The notes under the pieces were generated by a model. It searched no databases. It was given only the letters and a program-made list of their open reading frames with translations, and was not told the origin of the DNA. The position numbers and the translations under genes were made by a program. From an uncultured Candidatus Poseidoniales archaeon (GTDB lineage Archaea > Thermoplasmatota > Poseidoniia > Poseidoniales > Thalassarchaeaceae), in assembly GCA_964016345.1 (NCBI GenBank), contig CAXHFM010000001.1, positions 1 to 50,290 on the forward strand: a DNA stretch of 50,290 bases, read 5' to 3'. How positions within the stretch are numbered: the first letter of the stretch is position 1; each line of letters opens with the position of its first letter. Positions 1-7,912 of this stretch are shown piece after piece.

Positions 1-530
1 TGGGTCGCCTTCGAACACATCCCCCTCGTCTGACCAGCCATCGCCATCACTGTCACGACAGCCGAGAAGGTCTTGGGTACTCGTACCACTTACACTGGGA
101 CAGTCGTCAGATAGGTATGCTGGGGATGGGTTGTCGCCGAAGCCGTCCGAGTCCGAGTCTCTCCACTGGCTGTCTCTAGCTGGGAAGACATCCGCTCCCT
201 CCTCAGTGCCCCAGTCTCCCGAGGGATCGGAGTAACCATCCTCATCCGCGTCTGGGCAGCCCATCCTGTCGAATTCTGAATAGCCCTCAACTGAGGGGCA
301 GCTGTCCGGATTGGTACCGGTTTGATTGTCCCCATATCCGTCTGAGTCAGAGTCTGCCCACTGCGTCCCATCCATTGGGTATTCATCCAGGGCATCGGCC
401 CAGCTATCCCCATCAGAGTCCATGCATCCGAGGTAACCCGATGTCGAGGTGCCAGCAATCTGGGGACAGTCATCAGAAATCTCAGTGCCCGATTGGTCGG
501 CGTATCCGTCGCCATCGCTGTCCGACCATA
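1..530 (-). repeat. Coding tandem repeat: ~45-50 aa modules combining DxDxDGxxD (TSP3-like Ca-binding loop) with CPxxxG(T/Y)S..(L/M)GC
   Basis: Translation gives WSDSDGDGYADQ..DDCPQIAGTSTSGYLGCMDSDGDSWAD..WADSDSDGYGDNQ..DSCPSVEGYSEFDRMGCPDADEDGYSD..WRDSDSDGFGDNP..DDCPSVSGTSTQDLLGCRDSDGDGWSD. The repeat continues past the window edge. Confidence 0.7.
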
Positions 531-1737
531 GAAGACTGTTGTTCGGGTACACGTCCAAGCTGTCCCTTACCTCGTCGAAATCGGTGTCCTCGTATGGATC
601 CATCCTGATTACCTGGTTGTTCTGAGAGTCCACGTACCACAGTTTCCCGCTTGGACCCACCTCAAGACCCATGATTGAGCCAGCGTTAGTACTCACTGTT
701 CTCGAACGAGTGATGCCTTTTCCGTCGTCATCGAGGTTGTAACCGGTAATCTTCCCATTACCGTTCTGCGACACGAACAGCACCCCCTGGTGCAGTGCTA
801 TCCCTGATGGGAAGGACAGCCCGCTATCGAGGATGCCCCACTCCACGCCTGTGACCTCGCTGTACTCCGCTAGTGGCTCCATCTGTGTTTCGTCTCCCAT
901 TATGTTCGTTGTGACTCCCGGGCCATCTGTATTCACCCAGATTATCCTACCTGCTCCGGTATCGGCGATGTACAGTATGCCGTTGTCATGATTCATCTCC
1001 ATGTGGCCGGGCACCCCTGGAGCCCTAGTGAGGGAAATATCGGAATATCTCCTGACCTTGCCATCCGAGTGATCGTCCTCGCCGGTATCATGGTCCTCCT
1101 GGAAGTCGTAGCGTACCAGTTCCCCGTAGTGGCCATCGTTGTACCAGTACACATTCTCTGAATCGTGGGCTATTCCCATCCCTAGGGGACTCTCGTGCAA
1201 CATGTCGATGTGACTACCCAGTAGGCCCCCGGACTCTTGGTTCTCCTCTGCGAAATGACTGAGGGAGGACGGCCATAGAGCAGGGCCCATGAAGTCATTC
1301 GGATCTCCTCGGCCGTTGTATGTGTTCCTTGACTCTTGTGCAGTCGCGAACTGATAGTCGAACTCCTCGTGCCAGTCGCCGAATGCTATAGCGCTAACCT
1401 CTTCCATGAAATGATTCCTGTTGGAGTCCAGTCTATGCTCTGAAAGCTGGTTCGATTGACCTGCGTTGTGAACTATTGTGACGCTATCAGTAGCCCTATT
1501 TACTATCCATAGCTCGTTTTGCCTAGACGGGCTGGGGTGGAACTCCAGATCTCTTGGGACATCAAGATCATCGGAGGTGGACGCGATTTCAGTCTCGGCA
1601 AAACCCGGTCCAAACTGCGCTATGTATGTGTCTGGCTGAGATGTTACCTCTTCAGCTGAAGTAGCGATTGAAACCTGTCCAAGAATTCCGATCAGGAATA
1701 TTCCGACTAGTAGGATACTGGTTTTCCCATTTCGCAT
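1..1737 (-). CDS. Secreted beta-propeller (NHL/SMP-30-like blades) protein with C-terminal tandem thrombospondin-type-3-like Ca-binding repeats; partial, the 3' end runs off the left edge of the window
   Basis: Not in the ORF track. I translated the minus strand manually from ATG at 1737..1735 and found it open for 579 codons to position 1. N-terminus MRNGKTSILLVGIFLIGILGQVSIATSA looks like a signal peptide. Repeated blade-like segments: ELWIVNRATDSVTIV, ILYIADTGAGRIIWVN, GVLFVSQNGNGKITGY, KLWYVDSQNNQVIRMD. These are followed by repeated DSDGDGYAD / DSDSDGYGDN / DADEDGYSD motifs. Confidence 0.8.
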   Translation of the reverse strand, partial: MRNGKTSILLVGIFLIGILGQVSIATSAEEVTSQPDTYIAQFGPGFAETEIASTSDDLDVPRDLEFHPSPSRQNELWIVNRATDSVTIVHNAGQSNQLSEHRLDSNRNHFMEEVSAIAFGDWHEEFDYQFATAQESRNTYNGRGDPNDFMGPALWPSSLSHFAEENQESGGLLGSHIDMLHESPLGMGIAHDSENVYWYNDGHYGELVRYDFQEDHDTGEDDHSDGKVRRYSDISLTRAPGVPGHMEMNHDNGILYIADTGAGRIIWVNTDGPGVTTNIMGDETQMEPLAEYSEVTGVEWGILDSGLSFPSGIALHQGVLFVSQNGNGKITGYNLDDDGKGITRSRTVSTNAGSIMGLEVGPSGKLWYVDSQNNQVIRMDPYEDTDFDEVRDSLDVYPNNSLLWSDSDGDGYADQSGTEISDDCPQIAGTSTSGYLGCMDSDGDSWADALDEYPMDGTQWADSDSDGYGDNQTGTNPDSCPSVEGYSEFDRMGCPDADEDGYSDPSGDWGTEEGADVFPARDSQWRDSDSDGFGDNPSPAYLSDDCPSVSGTSTQDLLGCRDSDGDGWSDEGDVFEGDP

Positions 1738-1817
1738 CGTACTTTCATGCATGACTTACCGAGTGATTGCCCCTTTATTGTGCCTATGCATTCAATCTTC
1801 TGAATGTGGGCCGAAAA

Positions 1818-2918
1818 TCAGTTTCCGTTTGACCTTTCCAAGGTGCTCTGGCGTGCTTCCATCAGTATAGCCTCCAACTTTACCTTTAGCTCAGATTCTA
1901 GAGCCTTCAGCATTTCCCTGATCTCCTTCTTCGATAAATCTCCCCTCTTGGATAGTTTATCTTCGAGATTGGCCATCATCTCTGACTCCCTCTCCTTGGC
2001 CGACTCAGCGACTCTTTGCTCCATCTCCACTTCCATCTCCAAAGCCATCTCTTGGCGACGAAGAGCGAGTGCGGCCTCCATCGTCTCCCTCTCTGATCTG
2101 AATCTCCTCTCGAGCTCTGACAGAGCGTTCCTCTCTGATGCTTCCTCTAGTGCCTTAATTCGTATCTCGACATCGGACCTCATCTCTGACTCCAATGAGG
2201 ATCTCTCTTCTTCCAGTTGTTTTTGAAAAAGCTCCTCGTACTTCCTCCTGGACTCCGCAATCCTCTCCCTCATCTGAATCTCCTGCTCCAACCTGTGGGC
2301 TTCCACCTTTCGGTTTACTTGGGCCTCGGATGCCTCCCTGAGGTCCATCTCGACTCTTCTCTGCATACGCTCCTCGCCCTGTGATGCCTCCAGTTCCAGC
2401 CTCTCTTTGAGGAAGGCCTTTCTCCTGTCTACCTCGACTTCCATCTCCTCTCTGAGCCTCTCCCTCAGCTTCGCAGTATGGGCCTCAAGCCTTCGATCCC
2501 TTTCCAGGTCAAGCTGTTCTCTGAGTCGGTTCTCCTCTCTCCTTAGTCGGTGTAGCATCTCCTCCCTCAGGAGTCTCTCCTCCCTCTCTAGTGCCTCACT
2601 CTCGAGTCTCTCTATCTCGTCCTCAAGTTCTGCCCGGAGGTCCGCCTCTAATTGCTGGAGTTGTTCATCGAAGAGAATGTCATTGGCCTTCCTCATTGCC
2701 CCATGCATGCCAGAAAGTCTCTCGGTCATCTCTGCGATACGCATCCTACGCTCTCTTCTGACGCCACTCCTGACTCTGGACTCCTCATCCAGGAGGTCTC
2801 TGGTCCTAGCCATGGACTCCACTGTGGGGGATGTTGCCAAGCGGTGCTGGGCCCTGAGAGTAGCCAGCTCGTCAGCACCCTCGGAATCGTCTGGAGTCGT
2901 CGACTTGCTCTCACTCAC
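1818..2918 (-). CDS. Highly charged E/R/L-rich coiled-coil protein, function unknown
   Basis: 366-aa ORF that is almost entirely heptad-like charged sequence (LREEMLHRLRREENRLREQLDLERDRRLEAH...). The long Ser/Leu-rich antisense ORFs are a by-product of GAG/CTC-rich coding. Confidence 0.7.
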   Translation of the reverse strand: MSESKSTTPDDSEGADELATLRAQHRLATSPTVESMARTRDLLDEESRVRSGVRRERRMRIAEMTERLSGMHGAMRKANDILFDEQLQQLEADLRAELEDEIERLESEALEREERLLREEMLHRLRREENRLREQLDLERDRRLEAHTAKLRERLREEMEVEVDRRKAFLKERLELEASQGEERMQRRVEMDLREASEAQVNRKVEAHRLEQEIQMRERIAESRRKYEELFQKQLEEERSSLESEMRSDVEIRIKALEEASERNALSELERRFRSERETMEAALALRRQEMALEMEVEMEQRVAESAKERESEMMANLEDKLSKRGDLSKKEIREMLKALESELKVKLEAILMEARQSTLERSNGN

Positions 2919-3020
2919 GGGTACCCATCCCTAGTCTTACGCTAGTTTCACCCTATTTGAGGGAAGAGGGTTCCAAAGGGCCGATAATTGCTGTTTGGCG
3001 ATACGTGCCATAGGCACGGC

Positions 3021-3419
3021 TCAGAATGTCACGTTGAATGCCACGTCACACGCTGGACAGTTCAGTTGCTTGGTACCCGGCTTGGGCCTTATCCTGAGCT
3101 TCCTCTCGCATCCAGGACACTGTATCTCAACTTTGAGAGGCTTCTCTGTAATCCTAAACATGCCTGAGCAGGCTGAACAGGCCACTTCCAGAGGCCTCTC
3201 TGGCTTCCCAGCCTCCACTACCACGTTACAGATGGGGCAGGGTAGTTTCTCTGAAGCTAATGCGTCAACGGTAGGCTGATGGGTCACTTTGCATACAGCG
3301 CCACAGATGACACAGGTTTTTTCTCCTAGACCATGAGGCAGCATATGGTCGCAACTGGGACATTCAGCTGCTGGAGGGGTGTGCTTGGACTCTATCTCCG
3401 GCATGTCCGACATGACCAC
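3021..3419 (-). CDS. Small triple zinc-ribbon protein (six CxxC pairs)
   Basis: Three ribbon units: CPSC..x14..CVICGAVC, CPIC..x17..CSAC, CPGC..x17..CPAC. The start lies 3 nt after the stop of the upstream P-type ATPase gene, which suggests an operon. Confidence 0.8.
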   Translation of the reverse strand: MVMSDMPEIESKHTPPAAECPSCDHMLPHGLGEKTCVICGAVCKVTHQPTVDALASEKLPCPICNVVVEAGKPERPLEVACSACSGMFRITEKPLKVEIQCPGCERKLRIRPKPGTKQLNCPACDVAFNVTF

Positions 3420-3422
3420 CCC

Positions 3423-5963
3423 TCACATCACAGATTTATCAACAGAACCCTGTGAATCCTGTCCACTGAGTCCAAATAGGACACTAAACGACTCAATGAC
3501 ATCGCCATAGACATCCTTCGCTAAGTCCCCCAATGTGCGGATCCTCTGAATTCCTGTCCCACCGACCCACATACCGTTGAGTATTACTAGAAGGGCACTA
3601 GCCTCGTGTAGAGCGACTCCTGCTGCCAGTCTCATCTCATAGCCGAGCATTACAGCGATGACCAGTAAGGCGGTGACTCCGATGGAGATTATGACATTAG
3701 CCATGACCACGCTTCGAGTAGTCTTTGCCATGGCGATAAGCTGGGAAAGAGCACGTGGATCATCTCCTGGGATAAGTACGTCTGCCGCGTCTAGGTTGAC
3801 TTGCTCGCCACTGCCTACGGCTATGCCGACATCAGCGGCCGCTAATGCTCCTGCATCGTTGAAGCCATCCCCTGCCATTAGCGTCTTTCCAGCCTTGGAC
3901 TTCTCTGTCACCCATATGGCCTTACCCTCTGGATCTACACCACCCCTGCATGAGGATGCAGGAATACCGAATCCCCTCGCAAACTGTTCGACGCTTGACT
4001 GCTCGTCTCCGCTGAGTATCTCTACGGAGATCCCACTGTCTGATAGGGACTGAAGTAGCTCGGCGACGCCATCTCTGGCGTCATCGTGGTAGAATTCGAA
4101 GACTGCGATTGCCTTGCCCGATACAGAGAGAATGCTAGAGCCGTGGCCAGCCCTCCGTGATCTAGTCAGGGCGTCGTCGATGTCCTTTGGGAACTCGACT
4201 CCCTCGGATACCAACCAGTCGGATCTTCCCAACATCGTTTTACTACCTTCCAACACACCCATGACTCCTGCCTGTCCGTCTGATATTTCGTTGATATCGA
4301 TAGCTTCCAGTGATCTCTTTGAGGCTTCATGGATGATTGTGTGCGCGTAAGGGTGGTTGGACATTCTCTCTAGTCCTGCTGCAATCATAATTGCCCTTTC
4401 CTCTGTCTCAGTGGACGTTACAGTAACGCCTGTCAGTGAGGGACGTCCGCTAGTCAGCGTCCCTGTCTTATCCAGTAGTGCTAGTTTCACGTCTGCAGTT
4501 GCTTCCAGGACGTCTCCACCACGAACTATCACCCCAGAGGCAGAGGCGGTGGAGAGCGCGGCAGCATGTGGTATTGGGGCCGCTAGCAACAACGAACACG
4601 GGCATGAAACGACCCAGAGCAATAGCGTAGTCAGGAATCCCTGATCCGTCCAGCCATGAGTGAAGAATCCAATTATTGGGGCCCCGATCAGAACTATCGG
4701 CACCCATAGTCTTGTGAAGTTCTCAATAGTGGTATGAGTCCTAGTGGGCTTGTCACGGTACTCCCTTACCAGCTCTACTAGGTTGGATAGCCTCGTATTC
4801 TCCCCGGTGGCTACTGATCGTAATACAATAGGGCCCCTGACCAAAGTTAGTCCCGCCTCAACGAAGTCACCTTCTGAAACCAAGACTGGAACTGGCTCAC
4901 CTGTGAGTGGGGCTCTGTCTATAGAACCGCCTCCACTGGTGATTATCCCATCAACCGGGACGACCTCTCCAGAGCGTACCTCTACCATGTCGCCTTCCAC
5001 CACTGCTTCGACAGGAGTCTTGCCAGGCTCTCCGTGTGGGAGAATTTGAGGGGTGATTTGAACGATATTGAGCTTCCTGGGCGATATTCCCTGAATTGGA
5101 TTTACTATACGGGCACCTCTTGGAATTCTATCCAGCCCACCTTGCATGGACTCCCTGGCCCTTGTTATTGCCCTATCTTCAAGATGAGACGCGAAGGATA
5201 CTAGTCCGACCACCGTCAGTGCCTCGACCCACTCTCCTAGCAGGGAGGCTCCGATGACTGCTAGGGAGGTTAGTACCTGAAAACCAAGGACACCATTCTG
5301 AATGCTGGCTATGGCCTCCATGAACATCCTCGAACCTGCCAAGATAACTCCAAAGAATCCAAGGAATGAGGCGAGGACGGTTGGTAGAGACATTGTCTCA
5401 ACTGCTATTATCGCGAATAGTACAGGAATCGTCATTACAGCAGCAATTAGCTTCACTTGGTCTGGCCTCAGTCTCATCTTCGACGATACTACGAATTCAG
5501 CATCGTCCCCTAGGATTGTGGAAATCATCGACTCGGCGAGCATCCTCAAGTCTGGATCTGATATCCAGACGTGTCTTAACTCAATTAAGCCGTCATCGAA
5601 TCTCACAGCTAATATTCCTGGCACTGCAAGAAGCGCATCCCTGAGCCCCTTTCGATTTGTGCCTAGGTTCTTCGCGGCCTCTCCAGGAGTGACTCCTATT
5701 GCCTGGACCCAGTCTATCTTGGGACTGTGCCCGAGACTCTCCAAGACGGAGCATGATCTGGAAATCCTCCCCCTTGAGATATCTAGTGATATCCTTGCAG
5801 TTCCCTCGGTAACGGATATTTTACAGGACTTGATTCCCGGGAGTCTGCTAACTGCCTTTGTAGCCTTCATGGCACAATCGGCACAGTCCATTCCCCTGAT
5901 GTTCCAATCGAATTCATGAATTCCATCTGGGACAATGGCGGAGACTGAGCCCTCCTCCTCCAT
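3423..5963 (-). CDS. Heavy-metal P1B-type ATPase, ZntA/CadA-like (Zn/Cd/Pb-type motifs)
   Basis: N-terminal HMA domain with GMDCADCAMKATKAV. TM CPC motif SCPCSLLLAAP. Phosphorylation site DKTGTLT. Hinge GDGFNDAGALAAADVGIAVG. C-terminal TM motif HEASALLVILN resembles the HEGSTLLVILN of the P1B-2 subgroup. Confidence 0.9.
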   Translation of the reverse strand: MEEEGSVSAIVPDGIHEFDWNIRGMDCADCAMKATKAVSRLPGIKSCKISVTEGTARISLDISRGRISRSCSVLESLGHSPKIDWVQAIGVTPGEAAKNLGTNRKGLRDALLAVPGILAVRFDDGLIELRHVWISDPDLRMLAESMISTILGDDAEFVVSSKMRLRPDQVKLIAAVMTIPVLFAIIAVETMSLPTVLASFLGFFGVILAGSRMFMEAIASIQNGVLGFQVLTSLAVIGASLLGEWVEALTVVGLVSFASHLEDRAITRARESMQGGLDRIPRGARIVNPIQGISPRKLNIVQITPQILPHGEPGKTPVEAVVEGDMVEVRSGEVVPVDGIITSGGGSIDRAPLTGEPVPVLVSEGDFVEAGLTLVRGPIVLRSVATGENTRLSNLVELVREYRDKPTRTHTTIENFTRLWVPIVLIGAPIIGFFTHGWTDQGFLTTLLLWVVSCPCSLLLAAPIPHAAALSTASASGVIVRGGDVLEATADVKLALLDKTGTLTSGRPSLTGVTVTSTETEERAIMIAAGLERMSNHPYAHTIIHEASKRSLEAIDINEISDGQAGVMGVLEGSKTMLGRSDWLVSEGVEFPKDIDDALTRSRRAGHGSSILSVSGKAIAVFEFYHDDARDGVAELLQSLSDSGISVEILSGDEQSSVEQFARGFGIPASSCRGGVDPEGKAIWVTEKSKAGKTLMAGDGFNDAGALAAADVGIAVGSGEQVNLDAADVLIPGDDPRALSQLIAMAKTTRSVVMANVIISIGVTALLVIAVMLGYEMRLAAGVALHEASALLVILNGMWVGGTGIQRIRTLGDLAKDVYGDVIESFSVLFGLSGQDSQGSVDKSVM

Positions 5964-6010
5964 GGATGCCCGAGTGGGCGTAGTACCTTGAATATGATGA
6001 GAGTGTATAC

Positions 6011-6022
6011 GATGATATCATC
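6011..6022. promoter_or_regulatory. Perfect 12-bp palindrome GATGATATCATC in the divergent ATPase/HAD intergenic region; candidate operator
   Basis: Read directly at 6011..6022. A related ATGATGA half-site lies at 5993..5999. The site sits between the divergently transcribed genes starting at 5963 (-) and 6046 (+). Confidence 0.3.
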
Positions 6023-6045
6023 AGCACTCGCTACTCTCGGAAAAC

Positions 6046-6771
6046 ATGGTGGAGCTACCCGAGGACCTGGAATGGGACATGATTGTGCTTGATATTGACG
6101 GTACTTTACTCGATAGAGATGGGATAATCCCTGAGATGATACACACCGTTAGAGAGCTCGAGAGGAATGGAATGGTTGTTTCTCTGGCTTCTGGGAGGAC
6201 CCTGCCCAATATCACCCCCATACATCAATCACTATGCATATCGGGGTTCATTGTCGGTGAAAACGGAGGTATGGTTTGGGACTCAGCTAAAGGGTACCCA
6301 ATCAGGGCACTGGCAGATGGATCTAGACCCAAAGAGGCCGCAAAGTGGCTTGGGACCCAGATAGAGGGGCTCAATCCCGAGGGAATAGAGTCTAACAGGT
6401 GGAGAGAGACCGAATGGTGTCTTACTGAAATCGAGGATTGGGAAGCAGTAAGAGATGCGATCGAGTCTTCTGAGTGGTCCGATATCTCAGTAATTCCCAC
6501 TGGGTTCGCTGTTCACCTAACTATACCGGGGCATGACAAAGGATCCGGACTTCGTGTAGCCTTTGAGCAGAGAGGTATCGACCCCAAGAGAGTGATAGCT
6601 TGCGGAGACGCACCTAACGATATCCCTATGTTCGATCTAGTGGGTTTTGCGGTGAGTGTTAGCGAACACTATGAAAATGTGGTTATGGCGGCTGACGTCG
6701 TGACTGACGCACATGGTAAGGAAGGCTCCCTAGAGCTGTTGGAGGCCCTGCTGGAAAGAGTCAGGGGTTAG
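6046..6771 (+). CDS. HAD-superfamily (subfamily IIB, Cof / archaeal phosphoglycolate-phosphatase-like) hydrolase
   Basis: Motif I VLDIDGTLLD, motif II-like SLASGR, and motif IV GDAPNDIPMF. 241 aa. Confidence 0.8.
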   Translation: MVELPEDLEWDMIVLDIDGTLLDRDGIIPEMIHTVRELERNGMVVSLASGRTLPNITPIHQSLCISGFIVGENGGMVWDSAKGYPIRALADGSRPKEAAKWLGTQIEGLNPEGIESNRWRETEWCLTEIEDWEAVRDAIESSEWSDISVIPTGFAVHLTIPGHDKGSGLRVAFEQRGIDPKRVIACGDAPNDIPMFDLVGFAVSVSEHYENVVMAADVVTDAHGKEGSLELLEALLERVRG

Positions 6772-6774
6772 TAG

Positions 6775-6859
6775 TGGTGCAGGCGGCAGGATTCGAACCT
6801 GCGAAGCACTACGCAGAGGATCTTGAGCCCTCCCCCTTTGACCACTCGGGTACACCTGC
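6775..6859 (-). tRNA. tRNA-Leu (anticodon CAA), long variable arm, CCA encoded
   Basis: The reverse complement reads GCAGGTGTACCCGAGTGGTCAAAGGGGGAGGGCTCAAGATCCTCTGCGTAGTGCTTCGCAGGTTCGAATCCTGCCGCCTGCACCA. It has a 7-bp acceptor stem (one G-U pair), anticodon loop CTCAAGA, T-loop GGTTCGAATCC and a 15-nt variable arm. Confidence 0.9.
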
Positions 6860-6917
6860 GAGGGATGCGAACATATCCACACTCTTGATACTCGCGCTCG
6901 AGCTATGAAGTCGGGTT

Positions 6918-7856
6918 ATGCAAGGAATTGTTCAAGAGTCTCCTTGCGTGCACCATGTCCGGGTACCGAGTATGATGGACGATGGAAGCTTGCCTAGGCT
7001 CAGTGCCAATCGTCTAATGGCTGTCGATAGGGCACTAGATGAGCTAGCAAGAACGCAAAGAAGATCATCCATTCCTGTTGAGTTACCGATGCCTAACTTC
7101 TGGGACGCAGTAGGCCAATTAGTTCAGCATCTTGAGGCGGAACTTGCTGAGACCATTAGGTCAGAGGGCATGACTGCCAAGGCACAACTACAGTCGAGGA
7201 AACTGGGAGTGGTTAGAACGGCGGTTAAGGACCTGGCAAGAAATAGGCTGAATGCGTTCACCCAACACGCTGTTCTGACAAATCTGATTCAATCGCCAGA
7301 GGATGTGAGGGCTTCTGCGGGAGTTAGGCCGGATACGATTGAATGGGACAAGCACGACCCATCCGAGAGAGTATTCTACACAGGAATTGGACATCTTGTT
7401 GACAAGTACAAGCATGAGGTTTCTTGGAAAGCTCTCCTGAGCAACAATTGGGACTCTCCTGCACCACCACCAATGAGTTCTGTGCATACCCCTCTTACTG
7501 AGTTTGTGCCAGATTCCGAAGGGGGAAAGGTAGCAGAGGAAAGTAGTGTGCCTGCAGTCATAGACTCTGAGTCTCAATGGGAGGACCCAGAGTACGACGA
7601 AGAAGATAGAATTAGGGAGATTGATGAATTTCCCGAGATAGCCCCTTTGGGTCGTAGATCTGTGGATGAGTCCGTATCCCAACAGAAAAAAGATCCTGAT
7701 ATGAGGAGGATACTGATTCTTCAAGACCTGGATGATCCCATAATCACTGAGGCAGGGGAGGAGATTACTCTGACGACCGGTGACATAGAGTTCTGTCCTT
7801 CGATAATTGCTGATACTCTGATAGCGGCCGGGATAGCTGAAGCCGCAGACCTCTGA
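6918..7856 (+). CDS. GINS-like (Gins51-type) replication protein candidate with a long acidic inter-domain linker
   Basis: The helical N-terminal part (NFWDAVGQLVQHLEAELAE...DLARNRLNAFTQHAV) resembles the GINS A-domain. The C-terminal RILILQDLDDPIITEAGEEITLTTGDIEFCPSIIADTLIAAGIAE resembles the GINS B-domain. This is a pattern-level assignment only. The start is uncertain: alternative in-frame Met codons at M19/M20 and M34. Confidence 0.55.
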   Translation: MQGIVQESPCVHHVRVPSMMDDGSLPRLSANRLMAVDRALDELARTQRRSSIPVELPMPNFWDAVGQLVQHLEAELAETIRSEGMTAKAQLQSRKLGVVRTAVKDLARNRLNAFTQHAVLTNLIQSPEDVRASAGVRPDTIEWDKHDPSERVFYTGIGHLVDKYKHEVSWKALLSNNWDSPAPPPMSSVHTPLTEFVPDSEGGKVAEESSVPAVIDSESQWEDPEYDEEDRIREIDEFPEIAPLGRRSVDESVSQQKKDPDMRRILILQDLDDPIITEAGEEITLTTGDIEFCPSIIADTLIAAGIAEAADL

Positions 7857-7912
7857 GAGAGGCAATGACTTAGTCTCGTCATCATCGATAGGAGGTCATT
7901 AGAGGTGCACCT

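Noticed and set aside
90-608. ORF-track ORFs 90..515 (-) and 375..608 (+)
   Set aside because: Both lie inside the 579-codon edge-truncated minus-strand gene (1..1737), in other frames. Their translations are low-complexity Pro/Arg/Thr-rich and carry no motif. The real frame has a signal peptide and clear repeat motifs.
1804-2945. Long plus-strand Ser/Leu-rich ORFs (1804..2226, 2407..2934, 2652..2945) opposite the coiled-coil gene
   Set aside because: They are the antisense reading of GAG/GAA/CTC-rich coding sequence. The translations are monotonous S/L strings with no start context. The minus-strand ORF is longer and spans all of them.
5302-5919. Long antisense ORFs inside large genes (e.g. 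5302..5919 +, 13944..14549 +, 20551..21105 -, 27718..28347 +, 39314..39862 +, 43306..43830 +, 15957..16535 -, 48070..48354 -)
   Set aside because: Each is nested in, or out of frame with, a longer ORF that has strong family motifs. Their translations are Ser/Pro/Arg-rich with no recognisable domains.
5993-6022. Possible C/D-box sRNA (ATGATGA and TGATGA motifs in the ATPase/HAD spacer)
   Set aside because: No D or D' box (CTGA) at the required spacing on either strand, and no terminal stem. The motifs are better explained as halves of a palindromic operator.
6775-6859. tRNA-Leu as an integration site of a mobile element
   Set aside because: No integrase, no duplicated tRNA 3' fragment and no compositional shift are visible in the flanks. 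The neighbours are a HAD hydrolase and a replication-type gene.
7188-7865. 225-aa minus-strand ORF overlapping the GINS-like gene
   Set aside because: The translation looks random (rich in R, Y, C and isolated W). It has no upstream signals and is fully contained in the longer plus-strand ORF, which has recognisable domain-like ends.
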